DNA of 63,016 nucleotides, filler included, from assembly GCF_002087085.1 (NCBI RefSeq). It is 3 parts of 3 records of this genome, joined end to end, with 100 filler letters (N's around TTAATTAATTAA, not from the genome) between each part and the next. Parts side by side here need not be neighbours in the genome. Positions count along the whole stretch, not along the records: positions 1 to 29,924 come from NZ_MWQY01000029.1; 2 more parts are not named here. One strand, given 5' to 3'. Positions 9,583 through 19,235 of this stretch are shown piece by piece. The position numbers were made by a program, and so were the translations under genes. Each line of letters starts with the position of its first letter. The stretch's first letter is position 1. The notes beneath the pieces were generated by a model that worked only from the letters and a program-made list of their open reading frames with translations, was not told the DNA's origin and ran no database searches.

Positions 9583-10532
9583 CTGAAGGCCTCGGGATGG
9601 ATGATTCCCGCCAGGACTTCCAGTCCATCGATCAGACGCGGCCCCTGACGGTCGATCAGGTCCACATCGATCTGAAATACCCTGTCCTCTCTGACGGCCC
9701 TCAGGCTGCGGTACCCCGGGCTTGCAGTGAGTCTCTCTCTGAATCCCGGAATATCCGGACAGATTATCAGGTCCGGGTCTCCCTGTATGACCATCTCGAC
9801 GCTGTAGGCCCATCCTTTCAGATCCTCAGCAATATTACGTGCTCCCGCCATGGTCAGAAGCTGGTGGATAAAGCTGTTTCCCCCGGCGGTGTAGTCTCCG
9901 CCGGCTCCGAAATCTATGACATAATAGACCTTCGGCCTCGCCAGACCTGCAGTTTTTTCCTGTACAGCTTCGATTCTCCGGCGCATGTCCGTTTTTATCC
10001 TGGAAGCGGCTGCTTCGGCATCCACCAGGCCTGCAAGCTTGTCGATGGTGTAGAAAAGGCCATCGAAACTTTCCGGACCAAAGAGTATCAGTACCGGAAC
10101 TCCCAGGCGATCGAGCTTGTCGAGGCTCCCCCGCTGAAAATGGGCAGAGGCAATGATCAGATCAGGACGCAGGGATGCGATTTTTTCGATGTTCGGCTCC
10201 ATCAGACTGCCGGCATCGGGAACATTCTCTACCCCGGGGGGATAATCGCACCAGCTGGATCGCCCCGCCAGCCGGTCTCCTTCTCCCAGAGCAAAGAGGA
10301 TCTCCGTTATGTTCGGGGCCAGCGAAACGATTCTCTTCGGTTCCCTGGATATGATAACCCTCCGGTCAAAGGAATCGAGAACACTAACAGGAAAACCGTC
10401 AGCGGGAGAATCGTCGGGCAGAGGCTTCTCGGATGCACCCCCTGCGATCAGGAAGGGAGATACTAAAAATAAAGCCGCAAGAACCAGTGCCGGTCTGAAC
10501 GGCCAGGATTTGAATAATCTGCAGGAATGCAA
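9579..10532 (-). CDS. BtuF-like substrate-binding protein (cobalamin/Fe complex)
   Basis: RIVSLAPNITEILFALG, CDYP, PNIEKIASLRPDL, RQGPR; hydrophobic N-terminus. Confidence 0.85.
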   Translation of the reverse strand: MHSCRLFKSWPFRPALVLAALFLVSPFLIAGGASEKPLPDDSPADGFPVSVLDSFDRRVIISREPKRIVSLAPNITEILFALGEGDRLAGRSSWCDYPPGVENVPDAGSLMEPNIEKIASLRPDLIIASAHFQRGSLDKLDRLGVPVLILFGPESFDGLFYTIDKLAGLVDAEAAASRIKTDMRRRIEAVQEKTAGLARPKVYYVIDFGAGGDYTAGGNSFIHQLLTMAGARNIAEDLKGWAYSVEMVIQGDPDLIICPDIPGFRERLTASPGYRSLRAVREDRVFQIDVDLIDRQGPRLIDGLEVLAGIIHPEAFR

Positions 10533-10677
10533 GTATCGAGCTCCTTGCCCGTGGTTGTGCGGGCGGGCCGCAAAAGCAGCGGGCCGTGACTCGCTACCTT
10601 TTATACACCGGGGTATTATCCGGGGTCAAGGCAGCTTTTTCTTTCTATTTTTTAATCCTCAGGGTAGAATATCGCCT

Positions 10678-11604
10678 ATGAATAAACCAGGTGTAATAAA
10701 ACAGGTCCTGCAGATGTATACTGCATCCAATGGTCCAATGCTGGCAAAAGGACTTACCTATAATCTTCTTCTTGGGCTGCTTCCCTTTTTATTTCTGGTT
10801 TTCTGGTCTGCAGCAGTTCTGGTCGATGTGGTTCCTGGGTTACTTGAACTGCTGGAGCTTGAACTGATTGATGTTCTTCCTGCACAGATCGGTCAAATAG
10901 TACGTAATCAGATTTCCTACCTGGGTAGGTCGAAGGGGGCGCTTGGAATCCTTACTGTTGGGATCTTTTCTGTGACAGTCTTTCTCCTTTTCGAATCCCT
11001 TGGCAGGATTATCCGGATTTTGCATGGCAGACCACGTTATCGCTGGTTCAGCAGACACCTGATCTCCCTCGGGATGGTTTTCGGAACGCTGCTTTTTATC
11101 TATATTTCTGCAGTTCTATCGCTGGGAGTCAAGACAGTCCATCATTTGCTTGATTTTGCCGGTGAGTTTCCGCCTTTTGGAACAACCCTGCTGGTCATTA
11201 TTCTACCGGCCCTGTTCTTCGCTTTGAGTCAGATCATCTATGCGGGCCGACGTTTGAATCTGCTTTCTCTTATTCCTGTTTCCCTGATATCCTCCGGGCT
11301 TTGGTATGCGACTGCCCTGGGGAGCAACACTCTTATCCGGTATGCCGGAAGAAGATTCATTATATACGGCGCTATGGCAGGAGCAGTGAGTTATGCAGTC
11401 TTTCTGAGAATCCTGGCGGAGATTGTAGTCTTTGCTACTCTTATCGTTCGCTTTACTTCTTTCGGAAAAGGGGATGATCGTGAATCGGCAGGTGACATGT
11501 CAGGATGGGTTCCGCACTGGGAGGAGACAGACAGCTCAGTATCTGAAGAACCTGAGACAAGGACAGTTCAGGATGGCGGAATCAACAGCGAGAGTGCAGA
11601 ATAA
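10678..11604 (+). CDS. YihY/virulence factor BrkB family membrane protein
   Basis: Multi-TM protein, LAKGLTYNLLLGLLPF and IYGAMAG segments resemble YihY. Confidence 0.7.
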   Translation: MNKPGVIKQVLQMYTASNGPMLAKGLTYNLLLGLLPFLFLVFWSAAVLVDVVPGLLELLELELIDVLPAQIGQIVRNQISYLGRSKGALGILTVGIFSVTVFLLFESLGRIIRILHGRPRYRWFSRHLISLGMVFGTLLFIYISAVLSLGVKTVHHLLDFAGEFPPFGTTLLVIILPALFFALSQIIYAGRRLNLLSLIPVSLISSGLWYATALGSNTLIRYAGRRFIIYGAMAGAVSYAVFLRILAEIVVFATLIVRFTSFGKGDDRESAGDMSGWVPHWEETDSSVSEEPETRTVQDGGINSESAE

Positions 11605-11636
11605 AAAAAGACCGCCTGACGTATGAATGCAGGCGG
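11603..11636 (-). terminator. Intrinsic terminator (minus strand, possibly bidirectional)
   Basis: CCGCCTG...CAGGCGG stem with A7 run at 11603-11609. Confidence 0.6.
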
Positions 11637-11798
11637 CCCCCGATGGAAGAAGCTGAAATGTCCTCGTAAGTTACTCCATTCTCATTGTATGCTAGGACGC
11701 ATAAGAAATCCAATAAAAAAAGTGAAATATCCGCAGATTTAGCGTAAAATCCCGTTATCGGGTCAATCTGACCTGGACTGAAAGGCCTGGCTCGGCTA

Positions 11799-13922
11799 TC
11801 AGTCCACTTTCGGGGCTTTTCTGCGAACGGTAAACTCCCTCCTGGGAGACACAGGAACCGCCTCTGTCTTGCGGTATGCCATGCGATGGAACTCCTCCTG
11901 GGCCCGCAGGGGCTCTTCCCCGGATTCCGGTTCGAGCCGGCGATAAGTTCCGTCGGGCATCAGCCGGTGGCTCTTCATGTTCGAGTTGAAATAGACTGTC
12001 ATTACCTCCGAGAGTCGCCGCTTATGGTACTCCTGCATTACCGGAAACATCAGTTCCACCCTGCGTTCCAGGTTTCGGGGCATCCAGTCGGCACTGGAGA
12101 GGTAATACTCGTCGTTTCCGCCGTTCTGGAAGTGGAACAGCCGTGTATGCTCCAGGTAGCGGTCGATGATGGATACCACGGTGATGTTCTCGCTCATGTT
12201 CTTTATGCCCGGAATCAGCATGCAGATACCCCGCACATTCAGCTCTATTCTGACTCCCTCCTGGGAAGCCTTGTAGAGGGCCTTGATGATATCCGAATCC
12301 GCCAGGGAGTTCATCTTTGCACGTATGAGTCCCGGGGAATCCTTGCTGGATCTGGAAGTCTCCCGTTCAATCAGGCTCAGAAGCCTCCGTTTCAGGGTAA
12401 TGGGAGCCATAACAAGCTGCCGCAGCTCCGGTATGTTCGAGTAGCCGGTTATGGCGTTAAAAACCAGGGCGATATCCTGACTGATCTCCTCATTGGAGCT
12501 TAAAAGACCGATATCGGTATAGAGTTTCGCCGTCGAGTCGTTATAGTTACCGGTACCCAGGTGCACGTAACGGCGGATGCGGTCCTCTTCGCGGCGGACG
12601 ATCATGAGGGCTTTAGCGTGGATTTTCAGGTGGGCGATACCGTAGACCACTATGACTCCGGCCCGTTCCAGCTCCTCCGCCCAGCGGATGTTGCGTTCTT
12701 CATCGAAGCGGGCCTTGAGTTCCACCACTGCAGTCACGTGTTTGCCGTTGGCTGCGGCTTCCTTCAAGGATTTCACAATGGGGGAGGATCCGGAAGTGCG
12801 GTACAGGGTCATCTTGATAGAGAGCACCCTGGGGTCCTGGCTTGCCATCTGCAGCAGCTGAATCAGTATATCGAAACTTTCATAGGGGTGATGGAGCAGG
12901 ATGTCCCGGTCCTGCAGGGCTTCCCACAGGTTTTCGTCTTCATCGATTTCCGCAGGCCGGTAGCTCTGCCATTCCGGATCATGAAGTCTCTTGTCAGCAG
13001 GAGTAACGGCCAGGTTCATCAGGCTCTTGAGGTCCACCGGGCCGTCGATTGAGTAAATATCCCTGGTGTCGATATCCAGCTTCTCGATAATCAGGTTCCT
13101 CAGCTTATCCGAACGGGTACTGATCTCGAGGCGTACGACCCGGCTTGTGCGGCGGCTCTGGATGATCTCTTCCATGGCCTCGACAAAGTCCTCGTCCCGC
13201 TGTTCATCCACTCCCATATCGGCGTCCCGGGTCAGCCGAAAAATGGCGGCCTCAGAAATCTCATACCCCGGGAAGAGGTTCTCCGCCATATGAAGGATAA
13301 TGTCGTCAAGGAGGGTGAAGATCTTGCCGGAGCCTGGATCAGGAATGAATATAACCCGCTGCTGGGACTCCGGTATCTGCACCAGGGCGTACTTTTCCTC
13401 CGCTTCTCCCGGGCGCTTGAGGGAAAAGAGGATGTGAAGGCGCAGTCCGCAGATAAAAGGAAAGGATTCCTCCCCGGTAATCCTGACGGGACTGATTACG
13501 GGAAAAATCTCCTCGTTAAACAGATCTCCTATGGCCCGTATCTGCTGCTGGTTCCACTCTTCCGGAGGGGCGTAGGTGACCCCTGCTTTTTTCAGGGACG
13601 GAATAAGCTCGTTTTTCAGACATGAATACTGCTGTTCCGTTATTGAACGGACCCTGCGGTCAATTTCCTCCAGCTGTTCAGAGGGGCTCAGCCCGGATGG
13701 GCAGGTTATTGCGTCTCCGTGGCGCACTGCCCGTTTCAGGGTGGCGACCCTGACCATAAAGAATTCGTCAAAGTTCGAACTTGTAATGGCCAGGAATTTC
13801 ATCCGTTCCAGCAGAGGAACCGACTGATCGAGACCTTCGGAGAGTACTCTGCGATTGAATTCCAGCCAGCTCAGATCCCTGTTGAAAAACCTGTATCTGG
13901 GAGATTGTTTTGTGCTGCTCAT
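11799..13922 (-). CDS. ppk1: Polyphosphate kinase 1
   Basis: FNRDLSWLEFNRRVL, LHHPYESF, ELKARFDEERN, KIHAK, HLGTGNYN, SSADWMPRNL. Confidence 0.97.
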   Translation of the reverse strand: MSSTKQSPRYRFFNRDLSWLEFNRRVLSEGLDQSVPLLERMKFLAITSSNFDEFFMVRVATLKRAVRHGDAITCPSGLSPSEQLEEIDRRVRSITEQQYSCLKNELIPSLKKAGVTYAPPEEWNQQQIRAIGDLFNEEIFPVISPVRITGEESFPFICGLRLHILFSLKRPGEAEEKYALVQIPESQQRVIFIPDPGSGKIFTLLDDIILHMAENLFPGYEISEAAIFRLTRDADMGVDEQRDEDFVEAMEEIIQSRRTSRVVRLEISTRSDKLRNLIIEKLDIDTRDIYSIDGPVDLKSLMNLAVTPADKRLHDPEWQSYRPAEIDEDENLWEALQDRDILLHHPYESFDILIQLLQMASQDPRVLSIKMTLYRTSGSSPIVKSLKEAAANGKHVTAVVELKARFDEERNIRWAEELERAGVIVVYGIAHLKIHAKALMIVRREEDRIRRYVHLGTGNYNDSTAKLYTDIGLLSSNEEISQDIALVFNAITGYSNIPELRQLVMAPITLKRRLLSLIERETSRSSKDSPGLIRAKMNSLADSDIIKALYKASQEGVRIELNVRGICMLIPGIKNMSENITVVSIIDRYLEHTRLFHFQNGGNDEYYLSSADWMPRNLERRVELMFPVMQEYHKRRLSEVMTVYFNSNMKSHRLMPDGTYRRLEPESGEEPLRAQEEFHRMAYRKTEAVPVSPRREFTVRRKAPKVD

Positions 13923-13968
13923 CTGTGCCGTTCCTTATTCCTGAATATCCGCATTATGTGCTGTAATC

Positions 13969-15501
13969 CTATCGCAGTATTACCTTCAAACCAAAGACCT
14001 CTTCAAAAAGATCCTTCTTTTCTGCAATTCCTGCCCGTTCGACGGCTATATCCCCGGTGGCGTTGCAGTTGATGATCAGGCGGTTTTCGTCCCTCTCAAG
14101 GCGGATACTCTTTATTCTGTCGTTATGTCCCCTGTCCAGGGCATCGGCAATCCTGAGGATAGCCGCCAGTTTGAGTACCCGGAGTCTCTCCTTTCGGGGG
14201 AGCCGGTTGTAACTTTCATTCGACGGATTGGGGGCCCGTTTCCGATGGAAGCGGACGACGTTGGATATTATCTGGATGTCTTCCCGGGTCAGACCGAATA
14301 TATCCGAGTTTTCCACCAGATACTGACCGTGCTTGTGATGTCCCGCAGTACGAATATAGGTACCCACATCGTGGAGGATTCCGGAAACCTCGAGAAGCAG
14401 CCGGCCCTCGGGTTTCAGCTGGAAGTCCTTTTTCAGGTCATCGAATATTCTGAGGGCCATTCGGGTAACCTGGCGGGCATGTTTTTCATCATAATGGTAT
14501 TTGCGACCCAGGCTTACCGCCGAGGCCTTTATCTGATCGACGAATTTCTCCCTGACAACATGTCCCTGATGAAGGGTGTAGCTCAGGAGGGCTCCTTCCC
14601 GGATGCTGATGGATGGAACAATCAGCTCCTCTGCGGCAGTAGCCTCCAGGAATTCACTGTAGAGAATCAGGCCGGGGATAAGCAGTTCTGCTGTGGCGTA
14701 GGGGATCTGAAGAGAATCCATGATCTCTTCTATGCTCAGGGCGGAAATCCGGTCTACGAAACGGTTGAAATCCGCCTTCTGCACGATGGTGTAGTACTCA
14801 TATTTCTGTTCGCCGATCTGGCTGGCAGCCACCCGGGCATCTCCACCCACTGCAACGAAATGCTTGATCCGCTTGAGTTCAAACTCCCTGTCCAGATGGT
14901 CTTTGAGGGTCTGCACGCTTTCGGCAATGTACCGGGCCATGTTTTCCCTGTGCCCCAGGGATGTTATGACCTGCTGCTGTGTTCGTACGGTCCCGATTTT
15001 CAGGGAATGGGCGGCCACCATATGGTTTCGCTGAAGCAGCATCAGTTCGGTGCTGCCGCCGCCGACTTCCATGATAAGCGAGTTGGAGCGGCTGATCTGT
15101 GCGCTTATGGGGGCAAGGGCGTATTGAACGGCGATATAGGTGAGTCTGTTCTCCTCTATGCCGTCGGCGATGGTAATCATTATGCCTGTCTGGATCGCCA
15201 CCCGGTCGATAAAGGTGTCCCGGTTGGATGCTTCCCTCACCGCCGAGGTGGCGATTGCTTTGACATCCTCAGGAGCTATACTCCACCCCTTGAGGATTTC
15301 CACAAAGCCTTTGAGAATAGCTACGGCCTGGCGGAGGCTTTTTGTGCCTATACGGCCGGTGGTAAAGGCATCACGACCGAGGGGGATGGATTTTCCCGCG
15401 GATTCCACGATCCGCCAGTTGTGGTGCTCATCGATTTCCGCGATCAGCATTCGGATTGCGGTGGATCCGATGTCGATGACAGCCATCAGACGGTAATTCA
15501 T
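13969..15501 (-). CDS. ppx: Ppx/GppA exopolyphosphatase with HD domain
   Basis: VIDIGSTAIRM, ATSAVREASN, EVGGGSTE, LHDVG, LRIADALD. Confidence 0.92.
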   Translation of the reverse strand: MNYRLMAVIDIGSTAIRMLIAEIDEHHNWRIVESAGKSIPLGRDAFTTGRIGTKSLRQAVAILKGFVEILKGWSIAPEDVKAIATSAVREASNRDTFIDRVAIQTGIMITIADGIEENRLTYIAVQYALAPISAQISRSNSLIMEVGGGSTELMLLQRNHMVAAHSLKIGTVRTQQQVITSLGHRENMARYIAESVQTLKDHLDREFELKRIKHFVAVGGDARVAASQIGEQKYEYYTIVQKADFNRFVDRISALSIEEIMDSLQIPYATAELLIPGLILYSEFLEATAAEELIVPSISIREGALLSYTLHQGHVVREKFVDQIKASAVSLGRKYHYDEKHARQVTRMALRIFDDLKKDFQLKPEGRLLLEVSGILHDVGTYIRTAGHHKHGQYLVENSDIFGLTREDIQIISNVVRFHRKRAPNPSNESYNRLPRKERLRVLKLAAILRIADALDRGHNDRIKSIRLERDENRLIINCNATGDIAVERAGIAEKKDLFEEVFGLKVILR

Positions 15502-16472
15502 CTTTCCTTGAACTCCAAAGCGGCCAGGGCAGCGGATCCGACCAGCGCAGCATCGTCGCCCAGTTCCGCGGCCATGACCCGAACATCTTCGATCAGCCCC
15601 GGAAGGCTGTGGGCCCGCAGGGATTTTACTGTCTGCTTGATAAAAGGTGCTCCAAGCTTTTCTACAAGTCCTCCGCCAAGAATGATGGCTTCCGGGTTCA
15701 GGAGATTCACGCAGTTTGCCAGCCCGATGCCAAGGTACTGGGCTCCCCGTTTTATCAGGTCCCTGGTTACGGGATCCCGCTTCCTGAGGGCTTTTGCAAA
15801 AACCCCGCTCTTGTAGCCGCTGATATCCGTGCCGGCCAGACCCAACAGTACCGGTGCTTTGCCGCTGGCGGCAAGGGAAACCGCGTCCTTGGCAAGGGAG
15901 AGCCGTGAAGCCAGGGATTCAAGACAGCCCTGCTGGCCGCAGCCGCACAGGGGGCCGTCGGTCTGAAGGATCATATGCCCCACTTCCCCTGCGTTTCCGT
16001 TGGCCCCGCGGTACATCTGCCCGTTGATAATGAGTCCGCCGCCGATGCCTGTTCCCAGGAAAACACCCATCAGATTCCGGAAACCCCTGCCGGCACCCTT
16101 GATAAACTCGCCAAAAGTACCGGCATTGACGTCGTTGTCCAGGCAGACGGGTAGTCCCGTCTCCTCTTCAATATAGCTCTGAAGGGGAATATTCTCAAAA
16201 CCCAGGTTCGGCGTATTTATCACGATGCCTGCTTCCCTGTCCAGAGTGCCCGGAGCGGCAAGCCCAATTCCCCGTATATCGGAGCGGGGGACTCCGCTGG
16301 TCAGAATTACCTCTTCGATAGCGGCGGCAATCCTCTTGAGTACCGCTCCGTTTCCTTCCTGAGGCTCCGTGCGCTTTTTTACCCTGCTGAGAATTGCATA
16401 GTTTTCATCCAGCAGGGAGGCTATCATTTTGGTTCCTCCCAAATCGAATCCGATCCAGTATGCAGCACCCAT
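15498..16472 (-). CDS. ROK family sugar kinase (glucokinase-like)
   Basis: DLGGTK, DNDVNA, GTGIGGG, GEVGH, CGCGQQGCLE. Confidence 0.92.
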   Translation of the reverse strand: MGAAYWIGFDLGGTKMIASLLDENYAILSRVKKRTEPQEGNGAVLKRIAAAIEEVILTSGVPRSDIRGIGLAAPGTLDREAGIVINTPNLGFENIPLQSYIEEETGLPVCLDNDVNAGTFGEFIKGAGRGFRNLMGVFLGTGIGGGLIINGQMYRGANGNAGEVGHMILQTDGPLCGCGQQGCLESLASRLSLAKDAVSLAASGKAPVLLGLAGTDISGYKSGVFAKALRKRDPVTRDLIKRGAQYLGIGLANCVNLLNPEAIILGGGLVEKLGAPFIKQTVKSLRAHSLPGLIEDVRVMAAELGDDAALVGSAALAALEFKER

Positions 16473-16494
16473 TAATAGCCTCCCGAAATACTTA

Positions 16495-17151
16495 TCAGAG
16501 TCCCGCTACGGCCTCAACGGCTTCTTTGGTAAGAGCGGTTATCTTGTCGAACTCCCCGGCACTGATCAGGTCCGAGGGCACCATCCAGCTTCCGCCGCAG
16601 GCAAGAACCCGGGGAAAAGCCAGGTAGGTACCGATGTTCTTTGCGTTGACTCCTCCGGTGGGCATGAACAGAATGTCGCCGTAGGGAGCGGCCATGGCTT
16701 TCAGCATCGCAAGACCGCCGGAAGCTTCCGCGGGAAAGAACTTGACAGCCGGCAGTCCCCGTTCAAGAGCCATCTCGATTCCCGTGGGATTGTTTATTCC
16801 TGCAAAAATCGGCATGTCCATGGCAAGACAGTGGTCCACCACCCGCGGGTTGAATCCCGGGGAGACCATGAACTTTGCCCCGGCTTTTTTGGCCGCGTCC
16901 GCCTGCTCCGGAGTCAGAACGGTTCCGGCTCCCACCAGCAGCTCGGGGACCTCTTTGGTCAGCAGTCCGATGGCCTCTGCCGCGGCACTGGTTCGGAAGG
17001 TAATCTCCGCGCAGGGGAGTCCTCCGGCGATCAGGGCCTTTCCAAGAGGAACTGCCTGTTTTGCATCCTCGATTTTAACCACCGGGACCACCTTGATTTT
17101 TTTTAATGTCTGAATCATGGAAGAATAGGTTTGTGCGAGTTCCTGTTTCAT
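16495..17151 (-). CDS. eda: KDPG/KHG aldolase
   Basis: EITFRT, VGAGTVL, FMVSPG, KFFPAE, FMPTGGV. Confidence 0.95.
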   Translation of the reverse strand: MKQELAQTYSSMIQTLKKIKVVPVVKIEDAKQAVPLGKALIAGGLPCAEITFRTSAAAEAIGLLTKEVPELLVGAGTVLTPEQADAAKKAGAKFMVSPGFNPRVVDHCLAMDMPIFAGINNPTGIEMALERGLPAVKFFPAEASGGLAMLKAMAAPYGDILFMPTGGVNAKNIGTYLAFPRVLACGGSWMVPSDLISAGEFDKITALTKEAVEAVAGL

Positions 17152-17156
17152 AACTC

Positions 17157-17936
17157 TTACTCCTTGGTTGTTGGGGTTGATGAGCTGTACTCATCATGAT
17201 TATAAAATCCGAGACGGCGGGAAATGCCGTCAACGCATTCAATCAGGGGAGGCAGAAGCTCAGCTTCGGGCCGGAGGGCCGAAAGGTACGGAATGCTGAC
17301 GGCGGCGACAATTCCGCCGAAGGAGTCCCGCACCGGTGCGGCAATACCGCTGATACCGATGGTCTCCTCCTGCCGGTCTCTGGCGAGGCCTTCGGCACGG
17401 ATCGCTTCGATCTCTTTCCTGAGCATATCCCGGTCGGTAACGGAGTTTACCGTGTATTCTTCGAGCTCCTGTTCAAGATACTCATCGATCTCTTCATCGG
17501 GAAGGGACGAGAGCAGCAGCTTTGCAGCAGCCCCTATGTGGGGAGGGAAAACGGTACCGGACTCCACGGTTATCTTCATGATCCTTGGACTGAGAACCGT
17601 ATTGATCACGTAGACCTTCTTGTGGCGGATGACGCTGAGTTTTACTGTTTCCCGTGTTCTGGATGAGAGCTCTTCCAGGTAGGGGGTTGTTATCCGGTTA
17701 AGGTTCAGCCGGCGTTCGGCTGCCCGGGAGAGGGACAGAAGCTTTGGCCCGAGAAAAAAGCGGCCGCTGTGGTGGTCTTGTTCGATATAGTCGAGTTCGC
17801 TTAAGGAGATGAGCAGCCGGTGAGTGGTTGATTTGGGTATTCCAAGTATGGTGCTGGTCTCCTTAAGGGTCGCGCCTTCGGGATGCTGCATGAGAAAAGA
17901 GAAGATCATGTCCGCCTTTTCTATCGCCGGTACCAT
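17157..17936 (-). CDS. IclR family transcriptional regulator
   Basis: HTH (LGIPKSTTHRLL) and C-terminal IAAPVRD...VAAVSI. Confidence 0.93.
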   Translation of the reverse strand: MVPAIEKADMIFSFLMQHPEGATLKETSTILGIPKSTTHRLLISLSELDYIEQDHHSGRFFLGPKLLSLSRAAERRLNLNRITTPYLEELSSRTRETVKLSVIRHKKVYVINTVLSPRIMKITVESGTVFPPHIGAAAKLLLSSLPDEEIDEYLEQELEEYTVNSVTDRDMLRKEIEAIRAEGLARDRQEETIGISGIAAPVRDSFGGIVAAVSIPYLSALRPEAELLPPLIECVDGISRRLGFYNHDEYSSSTPTTKE

Positions 17937-18002
17937 ACGTGATACCCATTGTAGTCCTATTCCGTGGCGAGGTCAATTGTTCCCTATAAGGTACGCTGTT
18001 CC

Positions 18003-19235
18003 TTATCTGGGACTGTTCTGTTTTTCCATCCGTGAGACGGCGGAGCTGAAGGCATCAAGAAAGGCGGTGATTCCCGGAGGATTATTGCCTCCTCCCTGCC
18101 AGAAGGGAGGCCGCCCGCCGCCTTTGCCGTCGAGGAGGGGCATCAGGGTTTCCTTAAGTTCGTCGAAAAGCCCGGGGCGGGAATCGGGGGCGGCGATGAT
18201 CCATTTAACCCCGTCCCCGGACCTGGCGGCCAGGGCAAGAAAGACGGGGCCGATTGTGCGGATTCCGTCGGCTATCTCCCGGATCTGGCCTGCGTCAGCT
18301 TCCGGAAGTTCCGCTGTCACAATCCTGCCGCCGTGCACCGGTATGCCCCTTTCGTAGATCTCGGCGGCGATACAGCTGTTCAATCGTCGCAGCACCGCGG
18401 TGCAGAATCTGTCCCGATCGGCGTTTTTCTCGAGATACTCATCCAGCTTCGGCAGAACCTCCGCCTGGGGTGCCGAGAGAAGATCAACCATGCGGGAGGC
18501 GATTCTGCTTTTTTCCCGGTAGTCCGCCATGGCGGCATCCCCGATTACGAACATAAGCCGGCTGTTGCCCCTGACGCTCTCCGTGGCAACATGTTTGACC
18601 AGCCGTATCTCCCCGGTACGCCGCAGATGCACCCCGCCGCAGCCGACCTGATCGGCGTCGTCGATTTCGACGATACGGATATTTCTGTCCGTTTTCAGGG
18701 AGCGGCGTAGCTCGATTTCTTCAAGCTGGTCCTGGTCGATGAATCGGGCCTTTACCTCCCGGTTTTCGCAGATGATCCGGTTTACCTCGTCCTCAACCTG
18801 GATTATCTCGAAGGGAGTGATATCTGTCCCCTCTATTTCGATGGAACTGCAGGAATCACCAAGATGCACCGAACGGGTGGGGTAGCCGCAATGGCGATGC
18901 AGGACGGCGGAAATCAGGTGCTGGCCCGTATGCTGCTGCATATAGTGGCGCCGGTGCATCGGCTCGATTCGGCCGAAAACCTCCTGTGTTCCCTCATCCA
19001 GGGGTGCGGAAAGGAGGTGAACCACCTCATCGTTCTCCAGGAGGACCTCCTCCACCTCCCGGTCGTTCAGGGTCCCCCTGTCGGAGGGCTGACCGCCTCC
19101 GGCGGGGTAGAAACAGCTTGCCTCCAGTATGACCTGCCAGCGGGGCCCCTTCTTCGTATCGATCCTCCGGGAACTGACGAGGCGGCTGGTAAATTCCGTC
19201 TGATACTGATCCAGATAATAGAGTTTCTCCGTCAT
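18003..19235 (-). CDS. Alanyl-tRNA editing protein (AlaX-like) with DHHA1 domain
   Basis: FYPAGGGQPSDRG, MQQHTGQHLISA, CGGVH, C-terminal GKGGG...QGGG. Confidence 0.88.
   Translation of the reverse strand: MTEKLYYLDQYQTEFTSRLVSSRRIDTKKGPRWQVILEASCFYPAGGGQPSDRGTLNDREVEEVLLENDEVVHLLSAPLDEGTQEVFGRIEPMHRRHYMQQHTGQHLISAVLHRHCGYPTRSVHLGDSCSSIEIEGTDITPFEIIQVEDEVNRIICENREVKARFIDQDQLEEIELRRSLKTDRNIRIVEIDDADQVGCGGVHLRRTGEIRLVKHVATESVRGNSRLMFVIGDAAMADYREKSRIASRMVDLLSAPQAEVLPKLDEYLEKNADRDRFCTAVLRRLNSCIAAEIYERGIPVHGGRIVTAELPEADAGQIREIADGIRTIGPVFLALAARSGDGVKWIIAAPDSRPGLFDELKETLMPLLDGKGGGRPPFWQGGGNNPPGITAFLDAFSSAVSRMEKQNSPR

Noticed and set aside
10533..10677. Cobalamin riboswitch upstream of the BtuF-like gene
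   Set aside because: Intergenic region is only about 145 nt and shows no recognisable B12 box
14125..15816. Long antisense ORFs (also 38028-39509, 52551-53771, 53973-55352 and others)
   Set aside because: Shadow frames opposite well-supported genes; no motifs or RBS
15498..16472. Polyphosphate glucokinase call for the ROK kinase
   Set aside because: Has the CxCGxxGCLE zinc motif typical of ATP-dependent ROK kinases; context alone is insufficient
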